Below, in pieces: positions 43,201 through 52,521 of a stretch of DNA of 64,000 nucleotides (positions within the stretch are counted from its first letter, which is position 1; the number at the start of each line of letters is the position of its first letter). Under the pieces are notes generated by a model, which did no database searches, was not told where the DNA came from, and was given only the letters and a program-made list of their open reading frames with translations. Source of the DNA: an uncultured Victivallales bacterium (GTDB lineage Bacteria; Verrucomicrobiota; Lentisphaeria; Victivallales; UBA1829). The position numbers and the translations under genes are program-made. The DNA lies in NCBI GenBank assembly GCA_944390735.1, contig CALXRL010000014.1, positions 1,441 to 65,440 on the forward strand, read 5' to 3'.

Positions 43201-45789
43201 ATGCCGGATAAACTGGTTATAGTCGAGTCGCCCGCGAAGGCGAAAACAATTGGAAAAATCCTGGGAAAGGATTATATCATCAAGGCTTCCTACGGGCATA
43301 TCCGGGATCTGCCGGAACGCGCGTTCGGCGTCGATATCGAGCACAATTTCGCCCCGCAGTACGAGGAGTCCAAGGCACGGGGGAAAAATCTTTCGGAGCT
43401 GAAAAAGACCGCGAAAACGGTCAAGGAAATCTATCTGGCTCCCGACCCGGACCGCGAAGGGGAGGCCATCGCCTGGCATTTGCACGAGGTGCTGAAAAAT
43501 GTCAATCGCAAAGCCGCGTTCAAACGGGTCGCCTTTCACGAGATCACGCGCTCGGCCATCACGAAGGCGTTTCAGCATCCCGGGGATCTGAATATGAATC
43601 TGGTGGATGCGCAGCAGGCAAGGCGGGTGCTGGACCGGATCGTCGGATATATGATCAGTCCGCTGCTCTGGTCGCGGATTGAGCGCGGGGTCAGCGCGGG
43701 ACGCGTGCAGTCGGTCGCGCTCCGGCTGGTCTGCGAACGGGAGCGCGAGATCCAGGCGTTCGTGCCGAAGGAGTACTGGAACTTCTCCGCCGTCTTCTCG
43801 CAGGAACAGAACAGTTCGTTCACTACAAAACTGGCCAAAATCAACAATGCGAAATTCGAAATCGGCAGCCGGGACGAGGCGGATCGTGTCCTGAACGCGG
43901 TCCGGAACGCTCCCGCATGGAACGTGGCCTCCATCGAGACTCAGCCGCGCAAACGCTATGCGCCGCCGCCGTTCATCACCAGTACGCTTCAGCAGGCGGC
44001 GAGCTCTTCGCTCGGCTTCTCTGCCAATTCGACGATGCGCATCGCGCAGCAGCTCTATGAAGGGGTGGATACCGGCGAGGGGCATCTCGGTCTGATTACC
44101 TACATGAGAACCGACTCTGTGGCAATCGCCGCGGAGGCGCAGAGCGCCTGCCGGGCCTTTATCGGCAGCAGCTACGGGGCGGCGTTCGTACCGGAAAAAC
44201 CCAATTTCTTCAAAACAAAATCCACGGCGCAGGGAGCGCATGAGGCCATCCGGCCGACCGATGTGAATCTGACGCCGGAAAAACTGAAGGATTATCTGGA
44301 GCCGGGACAACTGAAACTCTACCGTCTGATCTGGCGGCGGTTCGTCGCCTGTCAGATGGCGCCCGCGGAACAGCAGCGGACCACCGTCGACGTGGAGGGC
44401 AGGGGAAGCGACGACAAGCTCTACACCTTCCGGGCCTCCGCCACCGTGACCACCTTTCCCGGATTTCTGAAAGCCTACAACATCGAGGAGGAGGGCGCCG
44501 CCGCGTCCGAGGATGACAACGCCCGGGATGCCGAAGCGCTCGCCCGTCTGAAGGAGCACTCCCCCTGCGAGCTGGTGGACACCCTTTCGGAACAGAAATT
44601 CACGGAACCGCCGCCGCGCTTCTCGGAAGCCACTCTCATCAAAGAGCTGGAATCCAACGGAATCGGCCGGCCGTCCACCTATGCCACGATCGTCAACACC
44701 ATTCAGGAACGCGCCTACGTCGTCAAGGAGAAGGGAAAGCTTTCCCCCACGGAACTGGGATTCAAGATCAACGACTATCTGGTGGCGTCGCTTCCGGATC
44801 TGATTCAGGTCGGCTTTACCGCCGACATGGAAAATCAGCTTGACAGCGTGGAAGAGGGACATCTGCTCTGGACCAGCATGCTGAAGAACTTCTACGAAAA
44901 ATTTTCCAAGTGGCTGGCTGAAGCGAAAAACGCGGGCGCTCCCGAAGCGCGGAAGGCAAAAGCCGTGCTGGATCTCCTCTCGTCCGTTCAGACCTGGGAG
45001 GAGCCGGAAAAAGGAGCAAAGCGTGTTTACGACGACAGGAAATTCTACACGTCCGTTCAGAACAAGGCCGAACAGGGAACCGCGATCTCCGCAAAACAGT
45101 GGGAGGCGTTGCTGAATCTGGTGGTCAAGTATGCGTCCCAGCTGAAGAATCTCCGGGAAATCGCCGAGGAGAACGGATTTGAAAAGGAGGTCGAGGCCGC
45201 CAGAGAACGAATGGATGACCGCCGGAAAAAACAGGAGGAGATCCGGCAGCGTCGCGAATCCGCGGCGGACAATGCGCTGCCGCAGGAGTCTCTGGAAACC
45301 GTCTTCCGTGCCATGCAGAACATCCCATGGAACCCGCCGGAAAAACGCGGCGCCAGAGTCTATGACGACAAAAAATTCTTCGAATCCTTGAAAAAACAGA
45401 TGGAATCCGGAAAGTTCCTTTCGGAAAAACAGATCTCCGCTCTCGGGAAAATCGCCGCGCGCTATGCGGGCTCCATTCCGGAGTATGAATCCATTGCCGG
45501 AATTCTGGGGACGGCACCGGCGGAAAAGTCCTCCGTTCCCGGGAGTCCGGACTCGGCCGGAACTTCCGCAGCGCCGGAACAGGCCGCGGGGCAGGCCGAT
45601 GTCGACCGTCTCCTCAAGGCCATGTCGGAGATCACCGACTGGGCGGAACCCGAAAAGAAAGGCCGTCGCGTTTACAACGACAAGGAGTTCTACGAATCCC
45701 TTGCCAAACAGCGTGCATCCGGAAAAGTTCTCTCGTTCAAACAGGCCGCCGCGTTGACGAAACTGGCGGCAAAATACAAGATTTCGTAA
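43201..45789 (+). CDS. topA: DNA topoisomerase I with three C-terminal Toprim_C_rpt-like repeats and no Cys4 zinc ribbons
   Basis: MPDKLVIVESPAKAKTIGKILG...YGHIRDLP (Toprim), DPDREGEAIAWH, and RPSTYA around the active-site Tyr. I see no Cys4 zinc-ribbon pattern after the core. Confidence 0.9.
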   Translation: MPDKLVIVESPAKAKTIGKILGKDYIIKASYGHIRDLPERAFGVDIEHNFAPQYEESKARGKNLSELKKTAKTVKEIYLAPDPDREGEAIAWHLHEVLKNVNRKAAFKRVAFHEITRSAITKAFQHPGDLNMNLVDAQQARRVLDRIVGYMISPLLWSRIERGVSAGRVQSVALRLVCEREREIQAFVPKEYWNFSAVFSQEQNSSFTTKLAKINNAKFEIGSRDEADRVLNAVRNAPAWNVASIETQPRKRYAPPPFITSTLQQAASSSLGFSANSTMRIAQQLYEGVDTGEGHLGLITYMRTDSVAIAAEAQSACRAFIGSSYGAAFVPEKPNFFKTKSTAQGAHEAIRPTDVNLTPEKLKDYLEPGQLKLYRLIWRRFVACQMAPAEQQRTTVDVEGRGSDDKLYTFRASATVTTFPGFLKAYNIEEEGAAASEDDNARDAEALARLKEHSPCELVDTLSEQKFTEPPPRFSEATLIKELESNGIGRPSTYATIVNTIQERAYVVKEKGKLSPTELGFKINDYLVASLPDLIQVGFTADMENQLDSVEEGHLLWTSMLKNFYEKFSKWLAEAKNAGAPEARKAKAVLDLLSSVQTWEEPEKGAKRVYDDRKFYTSVQNKAEQGTAISAKQWEALLNLVVKYASQLKNLREIAEENGFEKEVEAARERMDDRRKKQEEIRQRRESAADNALPQESLETVFRAMQNIPWNPPEKRGARVYDDKKFFESLKKQMESGKFLSEKQISALGKIAARYAGSIPEYESIAGILGTAPAEKSSVPGSPDSAGTSAAPEQAAGQADVDRLLKAMSEITDWAEPEKKGRRVYNDKEFYESLAKQRASGKVLSFKQAAALTKLAAKYKIS
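44995..45786 (+). repeat. Three tandem roughly 50-aa coding repeats (period 312-333 nt) in the topA 3' region
   Basis: WEEPEKGAKRVYDDRKFYTSVQNKAEQGTAISAKQWEALLNLVVKYA / WNPPEKRGARVYDDKKFFESLKKQMESGKFLSEKQISALGKIAARYA / WAEPEKKGRRVYNDKEFYESLAKQRASGKVLSFKQAAALTKLAAKYK. Confidence 0.85.
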
Positions 45790-45896
45790 CGATAGCCGCT
45801 TCCGAACGGAAGAGCGGACGAGTATGAAAATAGGGTACGGGGATTTGTCGTTTCTGTCCGGCGATCCCCTGATGCAAACAGAGATGGGGGTTCCTT

Positions 45897-48050
45897 ATGA
45901 ATGGTCTTGAGCTGCTGCCGCTGGGTCTGCTTGGTTTTCTTCTCTTTTATCTGTTTTTTCCCATTTGGAGCTACGTGCGTTTGAGTCGGATGCTTCAGAA
46001 GGAACGCGAGGAAAACCGCCGGATTCAGACGTCAATTCTGAACTTGCTTCGTTCCCTGCAGACCAAGACGGAACAGAAAATCTCCTCTTCCGAACCGCGG
46101 ACGGATGCGGAGTCGGAAGAGCCGATGACGGCTTCCTCCGAGCTCCTCACGGAGGAGAGGAGAGAAGCGGAGAAACTCCGTTCCTCCGAGCAGGTCGCTT
46201 TCCCGATCTTCCCGGAGGAAGAATCCTGCCGGGCGGAAAAGGTGGAGGCGAGACCGGAAAAACAGTCTGTCGAGAGTTCTGCGGATGGTCCGGGCGGAAC
46301 GGATCTTTCCGCTGGAGAGGAATCTCCGGGAAAGACGGATTTTCCGGAAAGCGGAGCTCCTGCCGAAAAAGAAACGATCGACTCGCGGACGAGCGAAGCG
46401 TGGAACCGGATTGTCGAATGGTTCTGTGTCGGCGAAAACTACCGATATAAAAACATCTCCCGCGAGTATGCGTTTGCCACGACCTGGCTGATCCGGATCG
46501 CCGTGGTGATTCTGATTGCAGGGGTCGTGTTCTTCCTGAAATTCGCGGTTCAGAACAATCTGATTTCGCCGGAACTGCGGATCGGCTGTGCGTTTCTCGC
46601 GGGGTGTGCAATGGCGATCGCGGGAATGTTCGGTGCCAAGCGGAAATATCACATTGCGGCAGTCGGAATCATGGGGGCTGGATTTGTCACGATGTACCTT
46701 TCCGCCCGCGCGGGGTACCTTCTCTATTCGATGACGGATTCTCTGACGGCGTTTCTCCTCATGACGGTCATCACCGTTGCGGCGATGGCTTCGGCGATCC
46801 GGGCGGATCATCCGTTTCCGGCGTTTCTCGGGATCACCGGCGGTTATCTGACTCCGATCATGCTTTCCACGGGAAGCCGGAACTACATCGGTTTTTTCCT
46901 CTATCTGACGATCATCACGTTCGGCTTTCTGATTCTGGCGAATTTCCGGAAATGGAGAGGTGTGAATCTGTTCGGTTTTCTGCTGTTTGCCTTTCTGACG
47001 GTGCTGACGCTTTCCACGGGGATTTCCCGGCATGCGATTACGGAAGAAAACTGTCGGCTCCTGCTTTGGATTCTCGGAGTGAACTATGTCTTTTTTGCGC
47101 TGGTTCCGCTCTGCCGGCCGCGGCGGGAGACGCTGCCGGAAGAGGTGACGGGAATCGAAATCACCGGATTGATCCTGAATCATCTGCTCTTCACGATCAG
47201 CGGAATTGCCGTGTCCGGATCGGTTCTTTCCAAGCCGGAATGTGAAGTTCCGCAAGCGCTCCTTCTGCTGGCTTCCGCGGCATTTCAGGCGGGAGTGATT
47301 CTTTTCTGCCATCTGAGCGATCCGCACCGGAAAAAAGTGATTCCCGCGGCAATGCTGCTGTGCGTCTATTCGATCGGCATGGTGGTGCCGATTCTGCTTT
47401 CCGGGGAATGGATTCCGGCGGCATGGTCGCTTCTGGCAATGATTCTTCTGATGCTCTCCGCGGCGATCCAAAGCGACTTTCTGCGTAAAATTGCCTGTTT
47501 CTGTTTTCTTCTGCTGGCGTGTCTGCGTATTCTCTGCTGGGATGAGACGGCTTTTTCTCCGTCGGCGGAATCGTTCCGGGAGTCGTTTCTGAGCGGCGGA
47601 GTTTTCACTCTGGCGCTGATTGTCTCCTGGATCACGCTTACTTTCCAGGCGAAACGGAGACCGGAGGAGAGGGAAAAACTGCAAGTACAGCAGACGTTGT
47701 TCGGCTTGGCGGGAGGAATCGCCTTTTTCCTTTACACGTCTTTGGAACTCCATAAACTTCTGCGTTTGATTCTGCCGGACTTCACACGAGGCGGGGTTTC
47801 GCTCTGGTGGGGAATTCTCGCGGTCGGATTTCTCTTTGCCGGAATTCTGGGCCGATGGAGAACCAGCCGGATTTTCGGTCTTGTCGTATTCGGACTCTGT
47901 TCGCTGAAGGTGTTCTTCTATGATCTGGCGGAATATCATCTGCTGGCCAAAAGCATCGGGCTTCTTGTGCTGAGCGTGATTATGATTGGCGGAGCTCTTC
48001 TCTACATCCGGTTCCGGGACCGTTTCGACCGGAAGGACGGCGAATCGTGA
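45897..48050 (+). CDS. DUF2339-like polytopic membrane protein (717 aa)
   Basis: One N-terminal TM, a charged/coiled linker, then NRIVEWFCVGENYRYKNISREYAFATTWLIRIAVVIL followed by more than 15 hydrophobic segments. Confidence 0.7.
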   Translation: MNGLELLPLGLLGFLLFYLFFPIWSYVRLSRMLQKEREENRRIQTSILNLLRSLQTKTEQKISSSEPRTDAESEEPMTASSELLTEERREAEKLRSSEQVAFPIFPEEESCRAEKVEARPEKQSVESSADGPGGTDLSAGEESPGKTDFPESGAPAEKETIDSRTSEAWNRIVEWFCVGENYRYKNISREYAFATTWLIRIAVVILIAGVVFFLKFAVQNNLISPELRIGCAFLAGCAMAIAGMFGAKRKYHIAAVGIMGAGFVTMYLSARAGYLLYSMTDSLTAFLLMTVITVAAMASAIRADHPFPAFLGITGGYLTPIMLSTGSRNYIGFFLYLTIITFGFLILANFRKWRGVNLFGFLLFAFLTVLTLSTGISRHAITEENCRLLLWILGVNYVFFALVPLCRPRRETLPEEVTGIEITGLILNHLLFTISGIAVSGSVLSKPECEVPQALLLLASAAFQAGVILFCHLSDPHRKKVIPAAMLLCVYSIGMVVPILLSGEWIPAAWSLLAMILLMLSAAIQSDFLRKIACFCFLLLACLRILCWDETAFSPSAESFRESFLSGGVFTLALIVSWITLTFQAKRRPEEREKLQVQQTLFGLAGGIAFFLYTSLELHKLLRLILPDFTRGGVSLWWGILAVGFLFAGILGRWRTSRIFGLVVFGLCSLKVFFYDLAEYHLLAKSIGLLVLSVIMIGGALLYIRFRDRFDRKDGES

Positions 48051-49021
48051 TGAAACTTCTGGTGTTCTGCTGGTTTCTGCTGGCGGGGGGAGGCGTCATT
48101 GCCGCGGAAACCATCCTGGTGAAGGATGCCTTTCAGGAGAACGTTTCGATTCGGACGAATCCCCGTCGGACGATCATCTGCTACCCCTCTCTGCTGGAGA
48201 TCTGGCTGGACTGCGGCGGGTCGCTGGTCGCGATTCACTCCATGAAAAAAGACGAGGTGGTTCCGGAGGAAGTCAAACATCTTCCGGGAATCGGCGGATA
48301 TTTTCATCCGAATGCGGAGAAGATTCTCCAGCTGAAACCGGATCTGGTGATTCTCAGCGGAATAACCGGTCGAAACCGTCCGCTGGCGAAACTCCTGAGA
48401 AAATCCGGAATCGACGTGCTGCTCCTAAAATACGACAATTACAGGGACTACCGGCAGATCGCGGCTCTTTTCTGTTCCATTTTAGGGAAAAAGGAGCTTC
48501 CGGAATCTCTGCGCCGGGTCGAACGGAAAGTCGAATCGCTGAAACGGAGGATCCGGAGGGCGAATTTGGAAGCGCCGACGTTTCTGTGTCTCTTCTTCAA
48601 CGGATCGGAGTTCCGGGCGGAGACTTCGGAAGCGAATGCCGCCTTTCTTGCGGAGGAGCTCGGAGGGAAAAACATTCTGAACACCGCCGGAGAGAAAATC
48701 GTGGCCCAGCGGGTCAAATTCAGTCTGGAACGGCTGATGCTGGAAGATCCCGATCTTCTCTTCATTGTCCCCGCGACGACCAATCGCAGGGCAATGGAAC
48801 AGGCTTTGCGCATCTTCGAGACCCATCCGGCTCTGCGGAATTTGAAAGCCGTGAAAAACGGCCGCCTGATTCTGCTTCCCCCGGAATATTTCCAATACAA
48901 GGCAAACCGGAAATTCCCGGAGGCATTTCTCCGGATGGCGGAAAACCTTTATCCCTCGCTTTTCCCGGAAGGGGACAAGTCGCCGGAAAAATCTCCGGGG
49001 AAAACGAACCCGGGAATTTGA
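48047..49021 (+). CDS. Periplasmic binding protein, Peripla_BP_2 (BtuF/FhuD-like) fold; no cognate permease/ATPase nearby
   Basis: Signal MMKLLVFCWFLLAGGGVIAA, RTIICYPSLLEIWLDCGG, NAEKILQLKPDLVILSG, DPDLLFIV. The start overlaps the DUF2339 stop (GTGATGA). Confidence 0.7.
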   Translation: MMKLLVFCWFLLAGGGVIAAETILVKDAFQENVSIRTNPRRTIICYPSLLEIWLDCGGSLVAIHSMKKDEVVPEEVKHLPGIGGYFHPNAEKILQLKPDLVILSGITGRNRPLAKLLRKSGIDVLLLKYDNYRDYRQIAALFCSILGKKELPESLRRVERKVESLKRRIRRANLEAPTFLCLFFNGSEFRAETSEANAAFLAEELGGKNILNTAGEKIVAQRVKFSLERLMLEDPDLLFIVPATTNRRAMEQALRIFETHPALRNLKAVKNGRLILLPPEYFQYKANRKFPEAFLRMAENLYPSLFPEGDKSPEKSPGKTNPGI

Positions 49022-49049
49022 AAAAATCTTTCCATCCGGATATATTGCT
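49021..49049 (+). promoter_or_regulatory. Candidate sigma70 promoter of the TIM-barrel isomerase-like gene
   Basis: TTGAAA-aaatctttccatccgga(17)-TATATT. Confidence 0.5.
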
Positions 49050-49098
49050 TCTCCGGATCGCAAACAAGCGGAAGATGTAAAAAAAAAGAGGTGTTTTC

Positions 49099-49953
49099 AT
49101 GAAAATCGGGTTGACAACCTACAGTCTCAGCAGTCTTGTCGCGCAAGGAGTCTTCACGCTGTGCGACATCATCCGATGGGGTGCGGAAAACGGCGCGGAA
49201 CACATTGAAGTGGCTCCGGGAAAAGAGAAACTGGCGGAGAACGAGGCGCTCTGTGCGCAGATCCGCAGAACCGCGGAGGATTGCGGAGTCGATCTTTCCA
49301 GTTATACGATCGGAGCGAACTTCATTCAGCCGGATGAGGCGTCGTTCCGCAAGGAGATCGAGCGGGTGAAACGGGAAGTGGACGTCGCGGTGCGTCTCGG
49401 TGTGACGCGGATGCGGCACGACGCCGGATGGCGTCCTCCCGCCGAGGCCACCTGCCGGAATTTCGACGCGGATCTCCCGAAACTGGCCGAAGCCTGCGCG
49501 GAGATCGCCGATTACGCAAAACCCTTCGGCATTACAACCAGTGTGGAAAATCACGGATTTCATGTGCAGGGCAGCGAACGGGTGCAGCGGCTCATTTACG
49601 CGGTCGGAAGGGAGAATTTCCGGACGACGCTGGATGTCGGCAACTTTCTCTGCGTGGATGAGGATCCCGTTTCCGCCGTGAAGAACAACATCTCTCTTGC
49701 CTCCATGATTCATTTCAAGGATTTCTATGTACGGAAGAATCTGCCGGTCCGGAACGGTTTTTTCGAGACGAAACACGGGAACCTTCTGCGCGGTTCGATC
49801 GTGGGATACGGCGATATCGACATTCCCGCGGTTGCGGAAGTGATTCAGAAATCCGGTTACGACTCCTATGTTTCCGTGGAGTTCGAGGGCATGGAGGAGT
49901 GCCGGGAAGGAACGGCCATCGGAATGCGGATGCTCAAGGAGCTGTTCGCCTGA
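49099..49953 (+). CDS. Sugar phosphate isomerase/epimerase (xylose isomerase-like TIM barrel, AP_endonuc_2 family)
   Basis: MKIGLTTYSL...GAEHIEV...TSVENHGF...VSVEFEG. Confidence 0.7.
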   Translation: MKIGLTTYSLSSLVAQGVFTLCDIIRWGAENGAEHIEVAPGKEKLAENEALCAQIRRTAEDCGVDLSSYTIGANFIQPDEASFRKEIERVKREVDVAVRLGVTRMRHDAGWRPPAEATCRNFDADLPKLAEACAEIADYAKPFGITTSVENHGFHVQGSERVQRLIYAVGRENFRTTLDVGNFLCVDEDPVSAVKNNISLASMIHFKDFYVRKNLPVRNGFFETKHGNLLRGSIVGYGDIDIPAVAEVIQKSGYDSYVSVEFEGMEECREGTAIGMRMLKELFA

Positions 49954-49966
49954 TGAGCCGTTTGAG

Positions 49967-50485
49967 ATGAATCCGGAACTCAAACATTCCTTTCCGCCCA
50001 GCATTTTTCCCGGGGCCGCTGTGCTGATTCTCGGGTCGATGCCCGGGGAGGAGTCGCTTCGGAAACAGGAGTACTATGCGTTCCGTCACAACGTCTTCTG
50101 GCGGATCATGGGGGAGCTGTTCTCCTTTTCGCCGGATCTGCCTTATCCGGAACGACTGGCGGCGCTCGGACGGAACCGGATCGCATTGTGGGACTCCCTT
50201 GCCTCCTGCCGGAGGGTGGGGAGTCTGGATACCAGCATCACGGATCCGGTTCCGAACGATATTGCCGGTCTTCTCCGGGAGCATCCGGGCATTACCCATA
50301 TTTTCTGCAACGGGACGGCGTCCTATCAGTATCTGAAGCGCTACAACGAAGCCGTGTTCCATTCCGGCGCGGAGATTCGGAAACTGCTCTCGACCAGTCC
50401 CGCCGCCGCGCGTTTTCGATACGAGGAAAAGCGGGAGGCCTATTCCGTGATCCGGCGGATCGTTCTTGCATCCGGGAATCTGTAA
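49967..50485 (+). CDS. DNA-deoxyinosine (hypoxanthine) glycosylase, UDG superfamily
   Basis: VLILGSMPGEESLRKQEYYAFRHNVFWRIMGELF and IALWDSLASCRRVGSLD match the HDG family pattern. Confidence 0.75.
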   Translation: MNPELKHSFPPSIFPGAAVLILGSMPGEESLRKQEYYAFRHNVFWRIMGELFSFSPDLPYPERLAALGRNRIALWDSLASCRRVGSLDTSITDPVPNDIAGLLREHPGITHIFCNGTASYQYLKRYNEAVFHSGAEIRKLLSTSPAAARFRYEEKREAYSVIRRIVLASGNL

Positions 50486-50572
50486 AAGACGGCGCGGAAG
50501 CGTCCCTTGTCCCGTGGAAATTACAATTTGGCAATCCGGGGGATTTTTCTCTTTTCCGAGGGGGAGGACGGC

Positions 50573-50601
50573 TTGCTTTTTCCCGTCCGGTATGGTATAT
50601 G
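50573..50601 (+). promoter_or_regulatory. Candidate sigma70 promoter of the Bat-like operon
   Basis: TTGCTT-tttcccgtccggtatgg(17)-TATATG, 27 nt upstream of ATG 50629. GGGAGGA RBS. Confidence 0.5.
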
Positions 50602-50628
50602 TAGCAGGGAAATCCGGGAGGAAGCAAT

Positions 50629-52521
50629 ATGAAATATCTGATCGCGGTTCTGCTGCTGCCGGCGGCATTGAACCTTTTTGCGGCGCGTCTCTTCACCAGG
50701 GAGATTACGATCGGAGGGGAGGGGAAGGAGGAACGGTCCGCCGCATTGACCTTTTTTGTTCCGGATCGCGTTGCCGGATACCGCCTGGTGGATCATGGCG
50801 GATCGGTCCGTCCGATGACGGTCATCGGCAGGGAAGGGGGAAAAATTGATGCGTTTTTCAATGCCCGTCCCGGCGAAAAGCTGATTCTGGAGTATCACGA
50901 TTCGCCCGTGCAGTCGCCTGCGGCGGAACAGAAATCCGGATTGCTGCATCTTTACAAGGAGTTCAAAGGTGAAGCCGTTCATTCCCTGCAACAGTTTCAA
51001 CGGCTCTGGCGCAATTCGCTTCGCATGCGCGCCGGATGGGAGAAGCGCCTTTATCTCGGAGGAAACAAGCTCGGGAACGCCCGGCATTCGCTGAATCTGT
51101 ACCGGGGATTCATCCGAATCAGCCGGCCGGGGCGCTACACCTTTCATACCGCTTCGACCGACGCCTCCTTTCTGCTGATCGACGGTAAGGAGATTGCCCG
51201 CTATCCGGGGAACCACTGGATCGGTCCCGCCCAGACCGGCCGTTTCAAAGGCGAGGTGGAGCTGAGCGCGGGACTTCATCGGATCGAATACTTTCATGCG
51301 AACAATCAGTGGAGTTATTTTGTGATTGCGGCCTGCAGCCGTCTGGGGGATCGGAAGATGACGATTCTCCCGGAGAAGATGTTTCTTCCGCTTCTGCCGG
51401 TGACGCAGGACCGTCTGAAAAACGAGGACGGATCCGACGCCGCCGATCTCTCCTGGAAACGGACCGGCACCATTGATCTCGACGGAAGACAGATGCAGGA
51501 ACTCACGTTTAGCAACGGGGAAATTCTCTACCGTTTTTCTCCGGGGACCTTTCACAAGAACGGCTATACGATCTACCTTGGCTATCACTTTGCCGCTCCG
51601 TTCGTTTCGGAGCAGGAGGGCCGCCGGATGCTTCTGGGCGCCATGAAGCAGGATGAGGTTCAGCCGCTGGACGCCACCGGCTACCGGTTTCTGGCCGACG
51701 CCATTCCGCAATTCAAAATGAAGGAGCTCTCCTCCCGTTTCTACGACCGCATTCTCTATTTCGGCGCCCGGATGCCGAAGGATGCCGTGTTCAAGTTCTA
51801 CCGGACCATGATGATGGATGATGATCTGGCGGCGGAACGCTATGAAAAGATCGAAAAGGATCTGAACCGGATGCTGAATCAGAGTTCGGATCACGCGCGT
51901 CTGGAACTTTCGCGCCTTCTTTTTTACTGCATGGACCGCCGGAAGGAGGCGGAGGTGGAGTTCCGGAAGATCCAACCGGAAAAGCTGACCGCCGATTTCC
52001 GACGCAACTACCGGATTCTGGAAGCCGATATGGCTCTGTTTTTCAAAGGATATGACGCGGCGCTGGAGCTCTACCGGAAGATGGAATCGGTCTCCCGGAA
52101 GATGTCCGAGCGGGAGAAACTGGAGGCGGACGGCAATCTGGTCAGTCTCCGCAACGCTCTCGTCACCCGACGCTACCGCGATGCGACCGATTATCTTGCG
52201 CGTGTGGAAAACGCCCGGCCGGAGATTCGGCTGAATCCCGAGATCATGTGGCTGAAGTCTCAATTTCTGGCGAAGCAGGGACGGGTTCGTCTTGCCGCCT
52301 ACTGGGCAGAGGCCGTGCGGAAGCTTCAGCCCTCCTCCGGAACGGATGCCGCCGCGACGCTTTTCCTGGCGCGCGATCTGCTGCGCAGAGGGAAAACGGA
52401 TCGTGCGCATCCGCTTCTGAAAGAGATTGCCGCGCGCTATCCGAAGTCGATGGAGGCGATCGCTGCCGAAAAACTGCTTTCCGGCCGGACCGTGACACCG
52501 GGAAGAAAAGAAAGGAATTGA
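50629..52521 (+). CDS. Secreted PA14-like + TPR protein, first gene of the Bat-like operon
   Basis: Signal MKYLIAVLLLPAALNLFA. PA14-like RPGRYTFHTASTDASFLLIDGKEIARYPG...VELSAGLHRIEYFH. The C-terminal helical repeats look TPR-like. Confidence 0.7.
   Translation: MKYLIAVLLLPAALNLFAARLFTREITIGGEGKEERSAALTFFVPDRVAGYRLVDHGGSVRPMTVIGREGGKIDAFFNARPGEKLILEYHDSPVQSPAAEQKSGLLHLYKEFKGEAVHSLQQFQRLWRNSLRMRAGWEKRLYLGGNKLGNARHSLNLYRGFIRISRPGRYTFHTASTDASFLLIDGKEIARYPGNHWIGPAQTGRFKGEVELSAGLHRIEYFHANNQWSYFVIAACSRLGDRKMTILPEKMFLPLLPVTQDRLKNEDGSDAADLSWKRTGTIDLDGRQMQELTFSNGEILYRFSPGTFHKNGYTIYLGYHFAAPFVSEQEGRRMLLGAMKQDEVQPLDATGYRFLADAIPQFKMKELSSRFYDRILYFGARMPKDAVFKFYRTMMMDDDLAAERYEKIEKDLNRMLNQSSDHARLELSRLLFYCMDRRKEAEVEFRKIQPEKLTADFRRNYRILEADMALFFKGYDAALELYRKMESVSRKMSEREKLEADGNLVSLRNALVTRRYRDATDYLARVENARPEIRLNPEIMWLKSQFLAKQGRVRLAAYWAEAVRKLQPSSGTDAAATLFLARDLLRRGKTDRAHPLLKEIAARYPKSMEAIAAEKLLSGRTVTPGRKERN

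Noticed and set aside
41681-44862. ORFs 41681..42967 (+, 428 aa) and 43171..44862 (-, 563 aa)
   Set aside because: They are antisense to argD and topA respectively, both unambiguous by motif.
46032-47939. 635-aa minus-strand ORF
   Set aside because: It is antisense to the DUF2339-like membrane protein. The sequence is extremely R/Q/K/P-rich (RRRKSR, QQKKTE), which is not protein-like.
50521-52410. 629-aa minus-strand ORF
   Set aside because: It is antisense to the PA14/TPR gene, which has a signal peptide, an RBS and operon context. The antisense translation is low-complexity and Arg-rich.
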